Of a DNA stretch of 64,000 bases, positions 1 through 8,740 are shown in pieces. The notes under the pieces are model-generated. The model was not told the DNA's origin. It was given only the letters and a program-made list of their open reading frames with translations, and made no database searches. Source of the DNA: Desulfomonilia bacterium (GTDB lineage Bacteria > Desulfobacterota > Desulfomonilia > UBA1062); contig JBEKDT010000020.1 of assembly GCA_050014195.1 (NCBI GenBank), forward strand, positions 1 through 64,000, in the 5' to 3' direction. Both the position numbers and the translations under genes were made by a program. Numbering within the stretch: position 1 is the first letter of the stretch; every line of letters starts with the position of its first letter.

Positions 1-1357
1 CGCTTTGCCGCAGCGACTCCTCTGTTTGCTTGCGCTCAGTAATGTCGCGAGAAACCCCGAGAATATCCATAGGCTTACCCTCATCATCCCGTCTGAAGGT
101 TGCTGTGAACTCGATCCAGACAGTATTACCGTCTTTGCGGATCAGTTCAAACTCCATGGTCCTTGGTCTGTCCGGATCAATAGTTTCCCCGCTGTTTTCT
201 TTGGCCAGCTCTTCCGATAAGACCTGAGCTGCAAGGGCATAGGATGAGGATGTAAGCAGTTGTTCAAGGCGCAGGTTCTGTATCTCTTCCAGGGTATACC
301 CAGTAATCCGCACAACTGATAGGCTCACGTAAGTGAATTGTAAGTTCAGGTCTATGATCCAGATGGTATCGTGTACGTTTTCAGCGATCATCCGGTAGCG
401 ATGTTCACTCTCCTTTAGTGACTCCTTGGCCCTTACAAGGTCCTGGACCTTTTCTTCCAATAAAAGATTCGTCCTTGTGAGTTCAGATGTCTTCACCTTC
501 ACCTGGCGGCGAAAAAAGAAACTGAAGGAAAGGAGTAGAATGAATGTCGCAGCGATGATCCCGAAGATAATCCATACATATTTCAGATATACCGGTTTCA
601 TGAGTGCCGTTCCGAACCACTTATTATCGATTGCCTGGTATTCATTGTTTGTGATCTGGTTGAAACCATCCTCAATCTTTTCAAGGAGAGCCTTCCTCCC
701 TTTCTTCACTGCACGGTGGAATTCTCCGGTATAGAGTGGCACAGAATAACGGAAGTATTCATCGATCTTGTACTTGTTCAAGAAGTACAGCGCAGGCGGC
801 TTGTCCATGCAGAAAACCCGCAGCTTCTCTAAAGAGGCATCCTTAATGATATCTTCATAGCTATTATACTCCACAAGGCCGTTGATGATTCCCTGGCTCT
901 TGAATATATCAATGCATGCATCTCCCTTCTTGACACCGACGGTAAAACCCTGGACCGATTTAATGCTGTTAATGCCGCTTATGTTCTTATGAAAGAAAAT
1001 TGGGACTTCGATCTTGGCATAGGGCTTGGAAAAATCATAGATCTGTGCACGCTTCTCAGTGAGGAATATAGTATCGATGACATCAGCCTTGCCCTGTTCT
1101 ATAATTTCTTGAGCTTTGGCCCAGTCAGTGGCGATAAGCGTTACTCTGATCCCTGTCTTTTTCTCCCATAATTTCCATTGATCTACAAGGATTCCCTGGA
1201 TATTGCCATCTGTATCCCTGAATATATATGGGGGATAGTTATCATCTGACACTACTGTGATTTCATGAAAAGAACCACCCAGTTTTGGTGACGCTAAGCA
1301 CTCTACGGGTAAGTATAAAATAAAAAGAATGATCAAAAATCTTTTAGAATTCTTCAT
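1..1357 (-). CDS. Membrane sensor protein: periplasmic solute-binding (PBP family 3-like) domain + TM + PAS/PAC; 3' end (likely kinase or cyclase) lies outside the window
   Basis: Not in the ORF track because it runs off the window. ATG at 1357 (MKNSKRFLIILF...). The same frame near position 1 reads ILGVSRDITERKQTEESLRQS (PAC motif); SDDNYPPYIF motif near the N-terminus. Confidence 0.8.
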   Translation of the reverse strand, partial: MKNSKRFLIILFILYLPVECLASPKLGGSFHEITVVSDDNYPPYIFRDTDGNIQGILVDQWKLWEKKTGIRVTLIATDWAKAQEIIEQGKADVIDTIFLTEKRAQIYDFSKPYAKIEVPIFFHKNISGINSIKSVQGFTVGVKKGDACIDIFKSQGIINGLVEYNSYEDIIKDASLEKLRVFCMDKPPALYFLNKYKIDEYFRYSVPLYTGEFHRAVKKGRKALLEKIEDGFNQITNNEYQAIDNKWFGTALMKPVYLKYVWIIFGIIAATFILLLSFSFFFRRQVKVKTSELTRTNLLLEEKVQDLVRAKESLKESEHRYRMIAENVHDTIWIIDLNLQFTYVSLSVVRITGYTLEEIQNLRLEQLLTSSSYALAAQVLSEELAKENSGETIDPDRPRTMEFELIRKDGNTVWIEFTATFRRDDEGKPMDILGVSRDITERKQTEESLRQS

Positions 1358-1705
1358 GGAACTCCCTTTAATGATTATCGGCCTAATACCAGCGAAGCTG
1401 TAACCAAAGGCAAGGTAGCGTAATATCGCTAATAATATCATCAGATTTTGTGCCATACACAACGCTGTGCCCATACTGAATATATCTTTTGATAATCTTC
1501 ACAAGTCGATGAACAGGGGAGGCTGTAGATTTTTATAAGGAATACATAGTCATCCCCCCTATAAGGCAGATATAGCGCCCATGGTGTCATGTATGAATAT
1601 TTACCCAGATCTCCAACAATTACGTTCGCGGATCGTTTGCGGTATATACAGAAAACATGGCCTGGTGCAGTTGTTAACAAATTATCTGCTTAAGCATTCT
1701 GCATC

Positions 1706-1729
1706 GTCGCGCCTAAAGCCGCTCCTACA
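1706..1729. repeat. REP-like palindromic repeat (GTAG type)
   Basis: gtcgcgcctaaagccgctcctaca, 23/24 identical to 18572-18595. Confidence 0.65.
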
Positions 1730-1783
1730 CTATGTGTGAACATTTTACTAACCGGAGCTGAACTGTCTTTGTAGCCGGCGTGC

Positions 1784-3181
1784 TTACCTGCGCCTGAACA
1801 GGTTCCAGTCAAGGTCGGGCCAGGGGTTGTCCACATCCTCGATCTGCTGCAGCGCCGCCTCTGAAAGCCTGCCATGGTCCGAGAGGTCCTTTGCGGCCCA
1901 GATGAGTTTCAAAAATCGCTGGTGGTGATGGTGGAAGCGCTGGTTGGCATATTCCTTGGCCTGGGTCGTAAAGAGGAGAAAGGGCCAGTCGCTTCCCTGC
2001 ATGAGGAGAAGCTCACGGGCCATCTGCCGCATGATGCGCTCTCCGCGATCATCGTTCGGCCGCACCTCTTTGAACAGCTGCTCCGCCTCTCTGGAACTCG
2101 CATTGATGTAGGGCCAGATCCAGCCGTGTTCGGGATTCTGCCAGACCGTATAATCCGAGTTCAGCCCCCAGGTGCTGGGCTGCATGATGATGGTTGAAAA
2201 TGCCCCGCCGTGCTGATCAACGTATTCGCCCTGGGCCCTTAATGAAACAGTCTTCTCCTTATCAAGCAGCCGGTAGACCTGTTCAAGCCAGTGCACGCCT
2301 TCGTGCCACCAGTGGCCGAACAGCTCGCAGTCGTATGGGGAAACGATAATGGGCTCTGTATCAGGGATGACGGTTCGATCGAGAATGCGGGTAATGAGTG
2401 AGACGAAATGCTGCGCATGACTCTCCACACGCTCATGTGCCTTCTTGGGCTCATAGACCTGTTTATCGTCCTGCCCGGTGACTCGAGAGTAATGCAATCC
2501 CGACTCGGGGTCCTTGCGGTGGAATTCAAGATAGAAAGGGTCTCCGGGGTAGCCCTGATCAGGGGACCATACCTGTTTGCCGGTTGCCTCATTGCGCCCG
2601 AACACCGAGACACCCGATGCCAGCTTATAACCGCGAAAAATGGTGGGGGCGGCTTCCTGATGGCGGTTTTCTCTGAAGGATGCGCGTGTAATGCCGACAT
2701 TCTCCGCAAAGAAGTACTCGATCCCCTCCCCGGCAAGCCACTCATCGATGCCCTTTCTCATGCGCTGCTCTCTGACCGACCACTCTGCCGGCCTGTAGGC
2801 GCACTCGGGCAGCCAGAACCCGCGTGGTAAGCGGCCGAAATAGCGCTTGTAGGTCTCAACACCTATGCGCACCTGGGCAAAGACCATGCTGTCTGATTCC
2901 ATAAGCGGCAGAAATCCATGGGTGGCTGCCGAGGTCAGAACCTCGATCACCCCTTCGTCCTGGAGCCATTTCAAGGTGCCCAGGATATCACGATAAAAGT
3001 CAGAGGTGTAGGCCTTGTAATTACTCTCAAAAAACTCCAACCAATACCGGGCGACCGAGCACAAGGCAGGGTCCGCCTGAAAGCGCCGTATGTCATTGCG
3101 GGCACGGTGTATCTTGTCTTCCATATAGGCACAGAAACGGCCTTTCATGTACTCGTCGGCGAGCTGTTCCATAAGTATCGG
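1784..3181 (-). pseudogene. GH57 1,4-alpha-glucan branching enzyme (DUF1957), C-terminal part, interrupted by IS
   Basis: GH57 motifs ATHGFLPL, GFWLPECAY, PYDCELFGHWWHEG, ARELLLMQGSDWPF. Joins in frame (PIL-MEQLAD) with 5711-5893 once the IS is removed. Confidence 0.92.
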
Positions 3182-3189
3182 GACGAGTC
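3182..3189. repeat. Target-site duplication, left copy (gacgagtc)
   Basis: Identical 8-mer at 5711-5718, each copy abutting a TIR. Confidence 0.93.
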
Positions 3190-3199
3190 GGTAGTGGGG

Positions 3200-4153
3200 T
3201 CATAATGTGTTGCTAGTAATTAATTCTTGGATCGTCCACACATGATCCGTGATTTTTGCTTCCATGCAGGGTGTTACCTTTAGCGTCGAGTGAATCCGGC
3301 AGAAATTGTAATAGGCAAATTGAAGTGCATAAGCCCATTTCAAATTCAGCCATTTTTTACTGAAGCCATTAGTCAGGCGTGTCATTCTCCGCATTGACAT
3401 ACGAACAGTCAAGTTTTGTCTTTCAATGTGAGATGTGGACGCCCTCTCTAAATCTGGATTCCCAAAAACGGCAATCTTCTCACATCCTACACACGTACTA
3501 GGCGAATATCGAGTTTCTTTATCCGAATTGCCTTGAAAGAGCTTAATAACTTGAGCGAAGTCTACAGATTGTGAGCCGAGACTATAAACAACTGCATCTC
3601 TGTATGGGGTAAAGCCATCAGTATTGATTTGGAAATTACCTTTTGTTGCTCGTGCCAGCTTTTCAGTAAAAGCGACTGTGTCCGTTACTGTTCTATGACC
3701 AAGATGCCATGCAAGAATAAGTTTAGTATGACGCTCCATACCAATAAAGCACCAGGCGTCCCCTTTTTGATTATCATTACATGCCTTGCGCGACTTCGTA
3801 CGAGCTTTCATTCCGACATATCCCCATATTTCATCACACGCACATTCTCTGATGCTCAGACCTTTAATTTTATCTTCCATTAATTTCTCGCATCGTTGGC
3901 CAACCAAGGACAACAATGTGAGGATTGTGCGCTTTTCGACGCCCGTGATTCTCTCTGTTGTCCTAATGCTGCATCCTTCTATGAGATGTTGAATAACAGA
4001 AACGGCCTTCTCCAAAGATAAACGCATATCATCAAGTGGCCTATGGTGAGGCTCAAGAAAGGTTTTCTTACAAGAGATACAGCGGAAACGCTGTAAGCCA
4101 TGCCTATCTTTTCCAAACCTATTTGCGTTTTGATTGCAGATTGGACAATTCAT
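3200..4153 (-). CDS. IS1-family DDE transposase (single ORF: zinc ribbon + HTH + DDE)
   Basis: CPIC...QRFRCISCKKTF zinc ribbon; EGCSIRTTERITGV HTH; CDEIW, NTDGF and TSHIERQNLTVR catalytic motifs; stop codon lies inside the TIR. Confidence 0.92.
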   Translation of the reverse strand: MNCPICNQNANRFGKDRHGLQRFRCISCKKTFLEPHHRPLDDMRLSLEKAVSVIQHLIEGCSIRTTERITGVEKRTILTLLSLVGQRCEKLMEDKIKGLSIRECACDEIWGYVGMKARTKSRKACNDNQKGDAWCFIGMERHTKLILAWHLGHRTVTDTVAFTEKLARATKGNFQINTDGFTPYRDAVVYSLGSQSVDFAQVIKLFQGNSDKETRYSPSTCVGCEKIAVFGNPDLERASTSHIERQNLTVRMSMRRMTRLTNGFSKKWLNLKWAYALQFAYYNFCRIHSTLKVTPCMEAKITDHVWTIQELITSNTL

Positions 4154-4173
4154 TTTTATCACCCCTACAACAC

Positions 4174-4202
4174 ACTATTACCGTTTTGCTAAAGCATGTC
4201 AA
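4174..4202 (-). promoter_or_regulatory. Putative sigma70 promoter of the transposase
   Basis: Minus strand TTGACA-N17-AATAGT, about 20 nt before the ATG with GGGGTGAT SD. Confidence 0.5.
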
Positions 4203-4252
4203 GAAAAAAATATTGAAATATAATTTTTTTGGTGCTATAAATCCGATAAAGA

Positions 4253-4326
4253 TGGAGCCCCCGACCAGATTCGAACTGGCGTCATAAGGGTTCGGGCCCT
4301 ACGCTCTTCCATTGAGCTACGGGGGC
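4253..4326 (-). tRNA. tRNA-like gene, 74 nt, encoded CCA, atypical anticodon loop (CCCGAAC; CGA at 34-36), identity undetermined
   Basis: GCCCCCG TA GCTC AATGGAA GAGC G TAGGG CCCGAAC CCTTA TGAC GCCAG TTCGAAT CTGGT CGGGGGC T CCA: all four stems pair, with GG in the D loop and a TTCGAAT T loop. Confidence 0.85.
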
Positions 4327-4335
4327 TATAGTTAG

Positions 4336-4386
4336 AGTGGATCAAGGTAAGGATTTGCCGTCAACACCTCCTATCCTTGATCCACT
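4336..4386. other. Long inverted repeat/hairpin between the passenger gene and the tRNA
   Basis: agtggatcaaggtaagga...tcctatccttgatccact (16/18 complementary, outer 12 perfect). Confidence 0.7.
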
Positions 4387-4399
4387 TTTTATTATTAGC

Positions 4400-5245
4400 T
4401 CATTGCTGAGATCCTCCCTTGGCTGTAATAACTTTAGCTAGCCCCTCGAATAAAGCCGCTATCCTGTCTGGTTGCCAGCCCTGCATTTCTGCCATTGCCA
4501 CTTTTATATTCACTGAAAATGTTATCCCATCTACTGAGGGTGGTAATGTGTCGTTGACATTTTGCTTCGGAGGCACATCATTAGAAGGTACATCGGGAGA
4601 AGGCGGAACATTTGTTTTAACAATAGTTCCGATGGTATTTCCATTGGGTCCAGGAGGGTTTACAGCACTAGACTTTACGATATTAATCATATCTCCTTCA
4701 CGCCTTACTATTCCAGAAAAAATAAGGAATTCTACTAATATTTGCAGTGGGGATTGATATTCTTTTGTTGCAGAAGATACTGCTGCCAGTTTAGCTATCA
4801 CTTCCTTTTCTGGCAATGGAGCGAATGATAATCTGTTCCGTATTTCTGTGGCAAACCAAGTGTCTTTTATTATCGGCGAAAGCTTCAAGCCTGCGGTATC
4901 AGGTCCCCATTCATAAGCATTATTGAAAGCAAAAACAGCTTCAGATGGGGTGTATCCATTGGGTCCTTTTATAATAAGACCTATGTCAGAAAAAAATGGG
5001 TTGGCAGTTGAAATTGATGCTGGATGAACTTTGAGCATATCGGCTAATGCTTGATTCATAACGGGCTTTCTATCATTACCGCTTAATATCGCATATGCCC
5101 GTATAAGATGAACCTGCTTTTCAAAAGAAAGCCTGTCTGACGGAAGTATCTTTGATGGTTTTGGCTTCTTTATTTTTTCTTGAATGTTGAGTTTTTCGGG
5201 TTCTGCCTCTTTGAGGACCTTATTCTCTTCCTTTATTTGTTCCAT
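4400..5245 (-). CDS. Hypothetical protein, IS passenger (possible winged-helix domains + Pro-rich linker + C-terminal helix)
   Basis: 281-aa ORF with AGGAGGT SD; ALADMLKVHPASISTANPFFSDIGLI resembles a wHTH. Confidence 0.7.
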   Translation of the reverse strand: MEQIKEENKVLKEAEPEKLNIQEKIKKPKPSKILPSDRLSFEKQVHLIRAYAILSGNDRKPVMNQALADMLKVHPASISTANPFFSDIGLIIKGPNGYTPSEAVFAFNNAYEWGPDTAGLKLSPIIKDTWFATEIRNRLSFAPLPEKEVIAKLAAVSSATKEYQSPLQILVEFLIFSGIVRREGDMINIVKSSAVNPPGPNGNTIGTIVKTNVPPSPDVPSNDVPPKQNVNDTLPPSVDGITFSVNIKVAMAEMQGWQPDRIAALFEGLAKVITAKGGSQQ

Positions 5246-5380
5246 CTTTACACCTCCTATAAAGACTAAATATTGCCGTCAATTTTCTTATCGCATAGAA
5301 CCGCAAATGAGTCAAGTGGATAATCGATGCGAAGCGATGTATTGTAGGTTATTGTAGGTTGATTTAATAATTAATTAATA

Positions 5381-5635
5381 TTATTGATTATTATTCTTGT
5401 CCCATCTCGCACGAGCCGCTTTTAGGGCTATTTCTTTCCGCTGCTCAGGGAGTAATTTCTTCTTGCGAGCCTTGCCGCTCCGAAGGCCACCTCTGCGGCC
5501 AGCCTTTACTCGATAATCAAGCTTCTCTGGTTTAGGGGCTGGTTCCTGGGGAATACCATCTCGCTCAGCATCACGCCTGATTATTTGTTGAAGAGCATCA
5601 AATGCGATTTGGTTTTCATCTTTGCGCTTTGGCAT
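5381..5635 (-). CDS. Small basic protein (GGxxxGKAR...PEQRKEIAxKAAxARW motif), IS passenger
   Basis: 84-aa Lys/Arg-rich ORF; TATAAT 6 nt upstream of the ATG and no SD. Confidence 0.75.
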   Translation of the reverse strand: MPKRKDENQIAFDALQQIIRRDAERDGIPQEPAPKPEKLDYRVKAGRRGGLRSGKARKKKLLPEQRKEIALKAARARWDKNNNQ

Positions 5636-5710
5636 ATCTGCATTATAGTGAAGATCATAATAAAGTGCATCTGTTATTTTAAGGCATCAACACTCTATGA
5701 CCCCACTACC

Positions 5711-5893
5711 GACGAGTCCGATCATCATCCTTGGATGAATCCCGTCGAAATGGAGTGCGCGCATGGTCTTCAGAAGCGGGATATACGTCTCATTCATGGC
5801 CTCAAAGAGCCACTCCTCACCCGCAGGCCATACCCCTGATTTGCGGCAATAGGGGATATGGCTGTGCAGCATCAATGCAAAGATACCCTTCAT
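5711..5893 (-). pseudogene. GH57 branching enzyme, N-terminal 61 codons
   Basis: MKGIFALMLHSHIPY...GEEWLFEAMNETYIPLL (GH57 CSR-1 HSH and E-x-Y motifs); the TSD copy lies at 5711-5718. Confidence 0.92.
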
Positions 5894-6114
5894 CTATCCA
5901 TCCTTATGTATCAATCATGAGAAAGCCTTATATCCCACAGAATCGACGCCGGCCAGATGGATGTCCAAATTCAGGGCAGCCGAGGTCTTTCATCATATGT
6001 ATCCGAATATCCCTGCATCCTCTCTGCGGTTCTTGCTTGAAGCACCGAGCCTTTCGGTTTATTAAAGGTTAAGGGGCTTTAAAAGATACATTTTGTTTTA
6101 ATATCAATATCGAT

Positions 6115-6736
6115 ATGAAGCTGTCCATAAAGAGATTTTTGTATAATTATATAGTCCCCTACATGGGTCTGATTATTATTAGGCTTATTTCTATGACGTA
6201 CCGAATTATTGTCATTAATCCCGAGATTGAAAAATCTATCTTTGCTAAGGGAGAGGTGCCTGTCTATATATCATGGCATCAGCGATTTTTCCCCGGGATC
6301 ACCTTCTTTGCCGAAAGGCACCGCATCTCCATCATGATAAGCAAAAGTAAAGATGGAGACTATATTTCAAAAATCGTTCATATCCTGGGATGGACTCCGG
6401 TGAGAGGATCATCAACAAGGGGCGGGAAAGAAGCCCTTGATGAGCTCAAAAGACGTGCGCAGGAGGGGTGTACCATCGGGCATATCGTTGATGGACCCAA
6501 AGGGCCGTTCGGGGTGGTAAAACCCGGTCTTCTTGTTATCGCTCAGCATTCAGAAATGCCGATTCTTCCCGCTATTGTTTCATCCGAGAAGAGATGGGTG
6601 TTTAACAGCTGGGATAAATTTATCGTATATTGACGGCGATGAATTTGAAAGGCTCCGCCTATCCATACAGGAAAGGCTCTATGAGTTATACCAAGAGGCA
6701 AACGATTACTGGACCAAGACAAAAAACAACATATGA
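6115..6736 (+). pseudogene. DUF374 lysophospholipid acyltransferase family protein with internal deletion/frameshift
   Basis: WHQR, MISKSKDGD, VRGSSTRGG, VDGPKGP, FNSWDKF motifs; stops at 6633, and a C-terminal helix (IDGDEFERLRLSIQERL) continues in another frame to 6736. Confidence 0.7.
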
Positions 6737-6810
6737 AAAGGCATGGCTTAATTTGAGGAACATAACATGATAAAAATAATATGCGAGCACGAGATAAGGT
6801 GGGTTAACGT

Positions 6811-7545
6811 ATGTTCTTGCTTAAAAAAATAATCGGCTTTTTGCTCATGCCGATGTCTATTCTCCTTGTTCTCTTCTTCTTCGGTATTATCACACTCTGG
6901 TCAACGAAGAGGCAGCGTGCGGCAAAGATAATCCTCACGCTCACCTGCCTCCTGCTTGTGTTCCTGAGCTATGGCTTTGTATCCTATTGGCCCCTGGAGA
7001 AGCTGGAAAGCCTTTACCCGCCCCTTGATGTGAAGATGACCGGATTGAACAAGATCAACTGGGTTGTCGTGCTTGCCGGTGATGACCAAGAGACAGCGGT
7101 TCGTCTTGCAGAAGGAATACGCATCTATAGGAGCCTTCCCGGAGCAAGACTCCTTGTGTCAGGAGGAAAGGTAAACCCCACAGCCCCTGCACCTGCTTCG
7201 GAAGAGATGGCCAGGATGGCTGTAGAACTCGGTGTAAACCCTGCAGACATCGTTCAGGAAAGTATATCAAGGGATACCAAGGATGAGGCGAAGATCATCA
7301 AATCGATGCTCGGTGAAAAGCAGTTTATCCTGGTGACATCAGCTTATCATATGCCGCGCTCCATGGCACTCTTCATGGCACAGGGCATGCGACCAAACCC
7401 GGCTCCGACAGGGTTCCTCATAAAAGAGGCTAACCATCTTTCCCCTGTCCGGTTCTTCCCGAGTGCAGAGAGTATCCATGATGCCGAGCTCGTTGTTCAC
7501 GAGATCCTTGGTATTCTCAGTGCCAGGATCATGGGGCAACTGTAA
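6811..7545 (+). CDS. YdcF/ElyC (DUF218) family envelope protein
   Basis: N-terminal TMs; VVLAG, LLVSGG, ESISRDTKDEA, LVTSAYHMPRS, HEILG motifs. Confidence 0.88.
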   Translation: MFLLKKIIGFLLMPMSILLVLFFFGIITLWSTKRQRAAKIILTLTCLLLVFLSYGFVSYWPLEKLESLYPPLDVKMTGLNKINWVVVLAGDDQETAVRLAEGIRIYRSLPGARLLVSGGKVNPTAPAPASEEMARMAVELGVNPADIVQESISRDTKDEAKIIKSMLGEKQFILVTSAYHMPRSMALFMAQGMRPNPAPTGFLIKEANHLSPVRFFPSAESIHDAELVVHEILGILSARIMGQL

Positions 7546-7603
7546 AAGCAGCCTCATTATATTGCCTGTCCCCTTTCTCTTCCTATCACGGGGTCTCCTA
7601 TCG

Positions 7604-8728
7604 CTAACCCACTATCTCCAGTTCATATTGGGAGCTCCCGAGGCCGAGCTTTTCAGCCTCGGCAATCTGCAGCCTGCCGTCTTTTTTGTGGAGAAGGCTT
7701 AAGATATCCCACCCTTCTTTGAGACTCAGATCCGAAGCCCTGGAATCGGGGAGAGGGCTTACCTTGCTCAAGATGTCGAGCGTCGCAGAATCGATAGCCA
7801 CAGGGTCATGGGAAATAAGTATCCCCTGATCCTGTGCGATGGGAGGATCGGCAAGTGGCATGCAATCACACTCGGGTTGCATCTCCAGGAGAAAATTTAT
7901 GTACACAATCCTGTTCGGTTCGAATGTCTTTAAGATAGCATTCGCCCCTTCCGCAACGGCCTTCATGAAGAGCTCATGCGATACCGGGACTTCGATGGCT
8001 TCCACCGGGCAGACCCGTGCACATCTCCCGCACCGCCAGCATTTATTTTTATCAACGGTATAGACATCATCCGGGAACGAGATACATTCGACCGGGCATA
8101 CGTTCATGCAATCGAAACACAGAACACATTTCGATTCATTCCATTGCATGGTTTCACCCATGAGGAAGTGCATCTTTCCCCTTCCCTGGTGCCAGTCGCC
8201 CCCTCTCGGTGCAGAGGATATCCCTCCCATGGAGATGTTTTTGATGGCCCCACCGAGAACCGCCTGTATATGCCCTTTTACATGGGTCAATACGACCATT
8301 GATTTTGCATCATGAATCGCCGAGGCCACAGCCATCTCACCTAAAGTCTCACCAGCATAAACCTTTATGGAATCGTTGCCGAAGATCCCATCCGCCATGA
8401 TCACCGGGGCATCGAGTGTCAGATGGGTGTATCCAGCGTCCTTGGCTATCTCAAGGTATTCATAGCCGGGGACCCGCACCGAATCGGTGACAAAGGGCTT
8501 TGCAGGGACCCTTTTTATCGCGTCGACCACCTTTTTGACAAACTGGGGGCGTATGGTTTTGAATGCCCCATTATTGCCGAGGTGCATTTTCAAAGGGATA
8601 AGTTCATTTTCAGGGATAAACCTCTTCAGATCGAACTTCTCGAGAAATTTTTCAAATTTACCCATGAGCCCTGACTCGTAAGCAAAAGATTTCGATTGGG
8701 CTGTAATCTGGTATACCTTTGATTTCAT
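7604..8728 (-). CDS. DUF362 family Fe-S protein with 2x[4Fe-4S] ferredoxin insert
   Basis: KMHLG, THVKGH, GGAIKNISMG, CVLCFDCMNVCP / CWRCGRCARVCP, PECDC, DPVAID. Confidence 0.88.
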   Translation of the reverse strand: MKSKVYQITAQSKSFAYESGLMGKFEKFLEKFDLKRFIPENELIPLKMHLGNNGAFKTIRPQFVKKVVDAIKRVPAKPFVTDSVRVPGYEYLEIAKDAGYTHLTLDAPVIMADGIFGNDSIKVYAGETLGEMAVASAIHDAKSMVVLTHVKGHIQAVLGGAIKNISMGGISSAPRGGDWHQGRGKMHFLMGETMQWNESKCVLCFDCMNVCPVECISFPDDVYTVDKNKCWRCGRCARVCPVEAIEVPVSHELFMKAVAEGANAILKTFEPNRIVYINFLLEMQPECDCMPLADPPIAQDQGILISHDPVAIDSATLDILSKVSPLPDSRASDLSLKEGWDILSLLHKKDGRLQIAEAEKLGLGSSQYELEIVG

Positions 8729-8740
8729 AACTCCTCCTGC

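Larger units (their letters stand above)
3190..5710 (-). mobile_element. IS1-family (ISMhu11-like) insertion sequence with passenger genes, 2521 bp
   Basis: TIRs ggtagtggggtcataatgtgttg (3190-3212) and caacactctatgaccccactacc (5688-5710), 21/23 match with the outer 15 perfect; 8-bp TSD; DDE transposase; visibly more AT-rich than the flanking gene. Confidence 0.93.

Noticed and set aside
1441-1680. 79-aa minus-strand ORF
   Set aside because: TTG start, no SD, no motif.
4253-4326. tRNA as an integration site of a genomic island
   Set aside because: It lies inside the IS between the TIRs; no duplicated tRNA 3' end and no integrase were seen.
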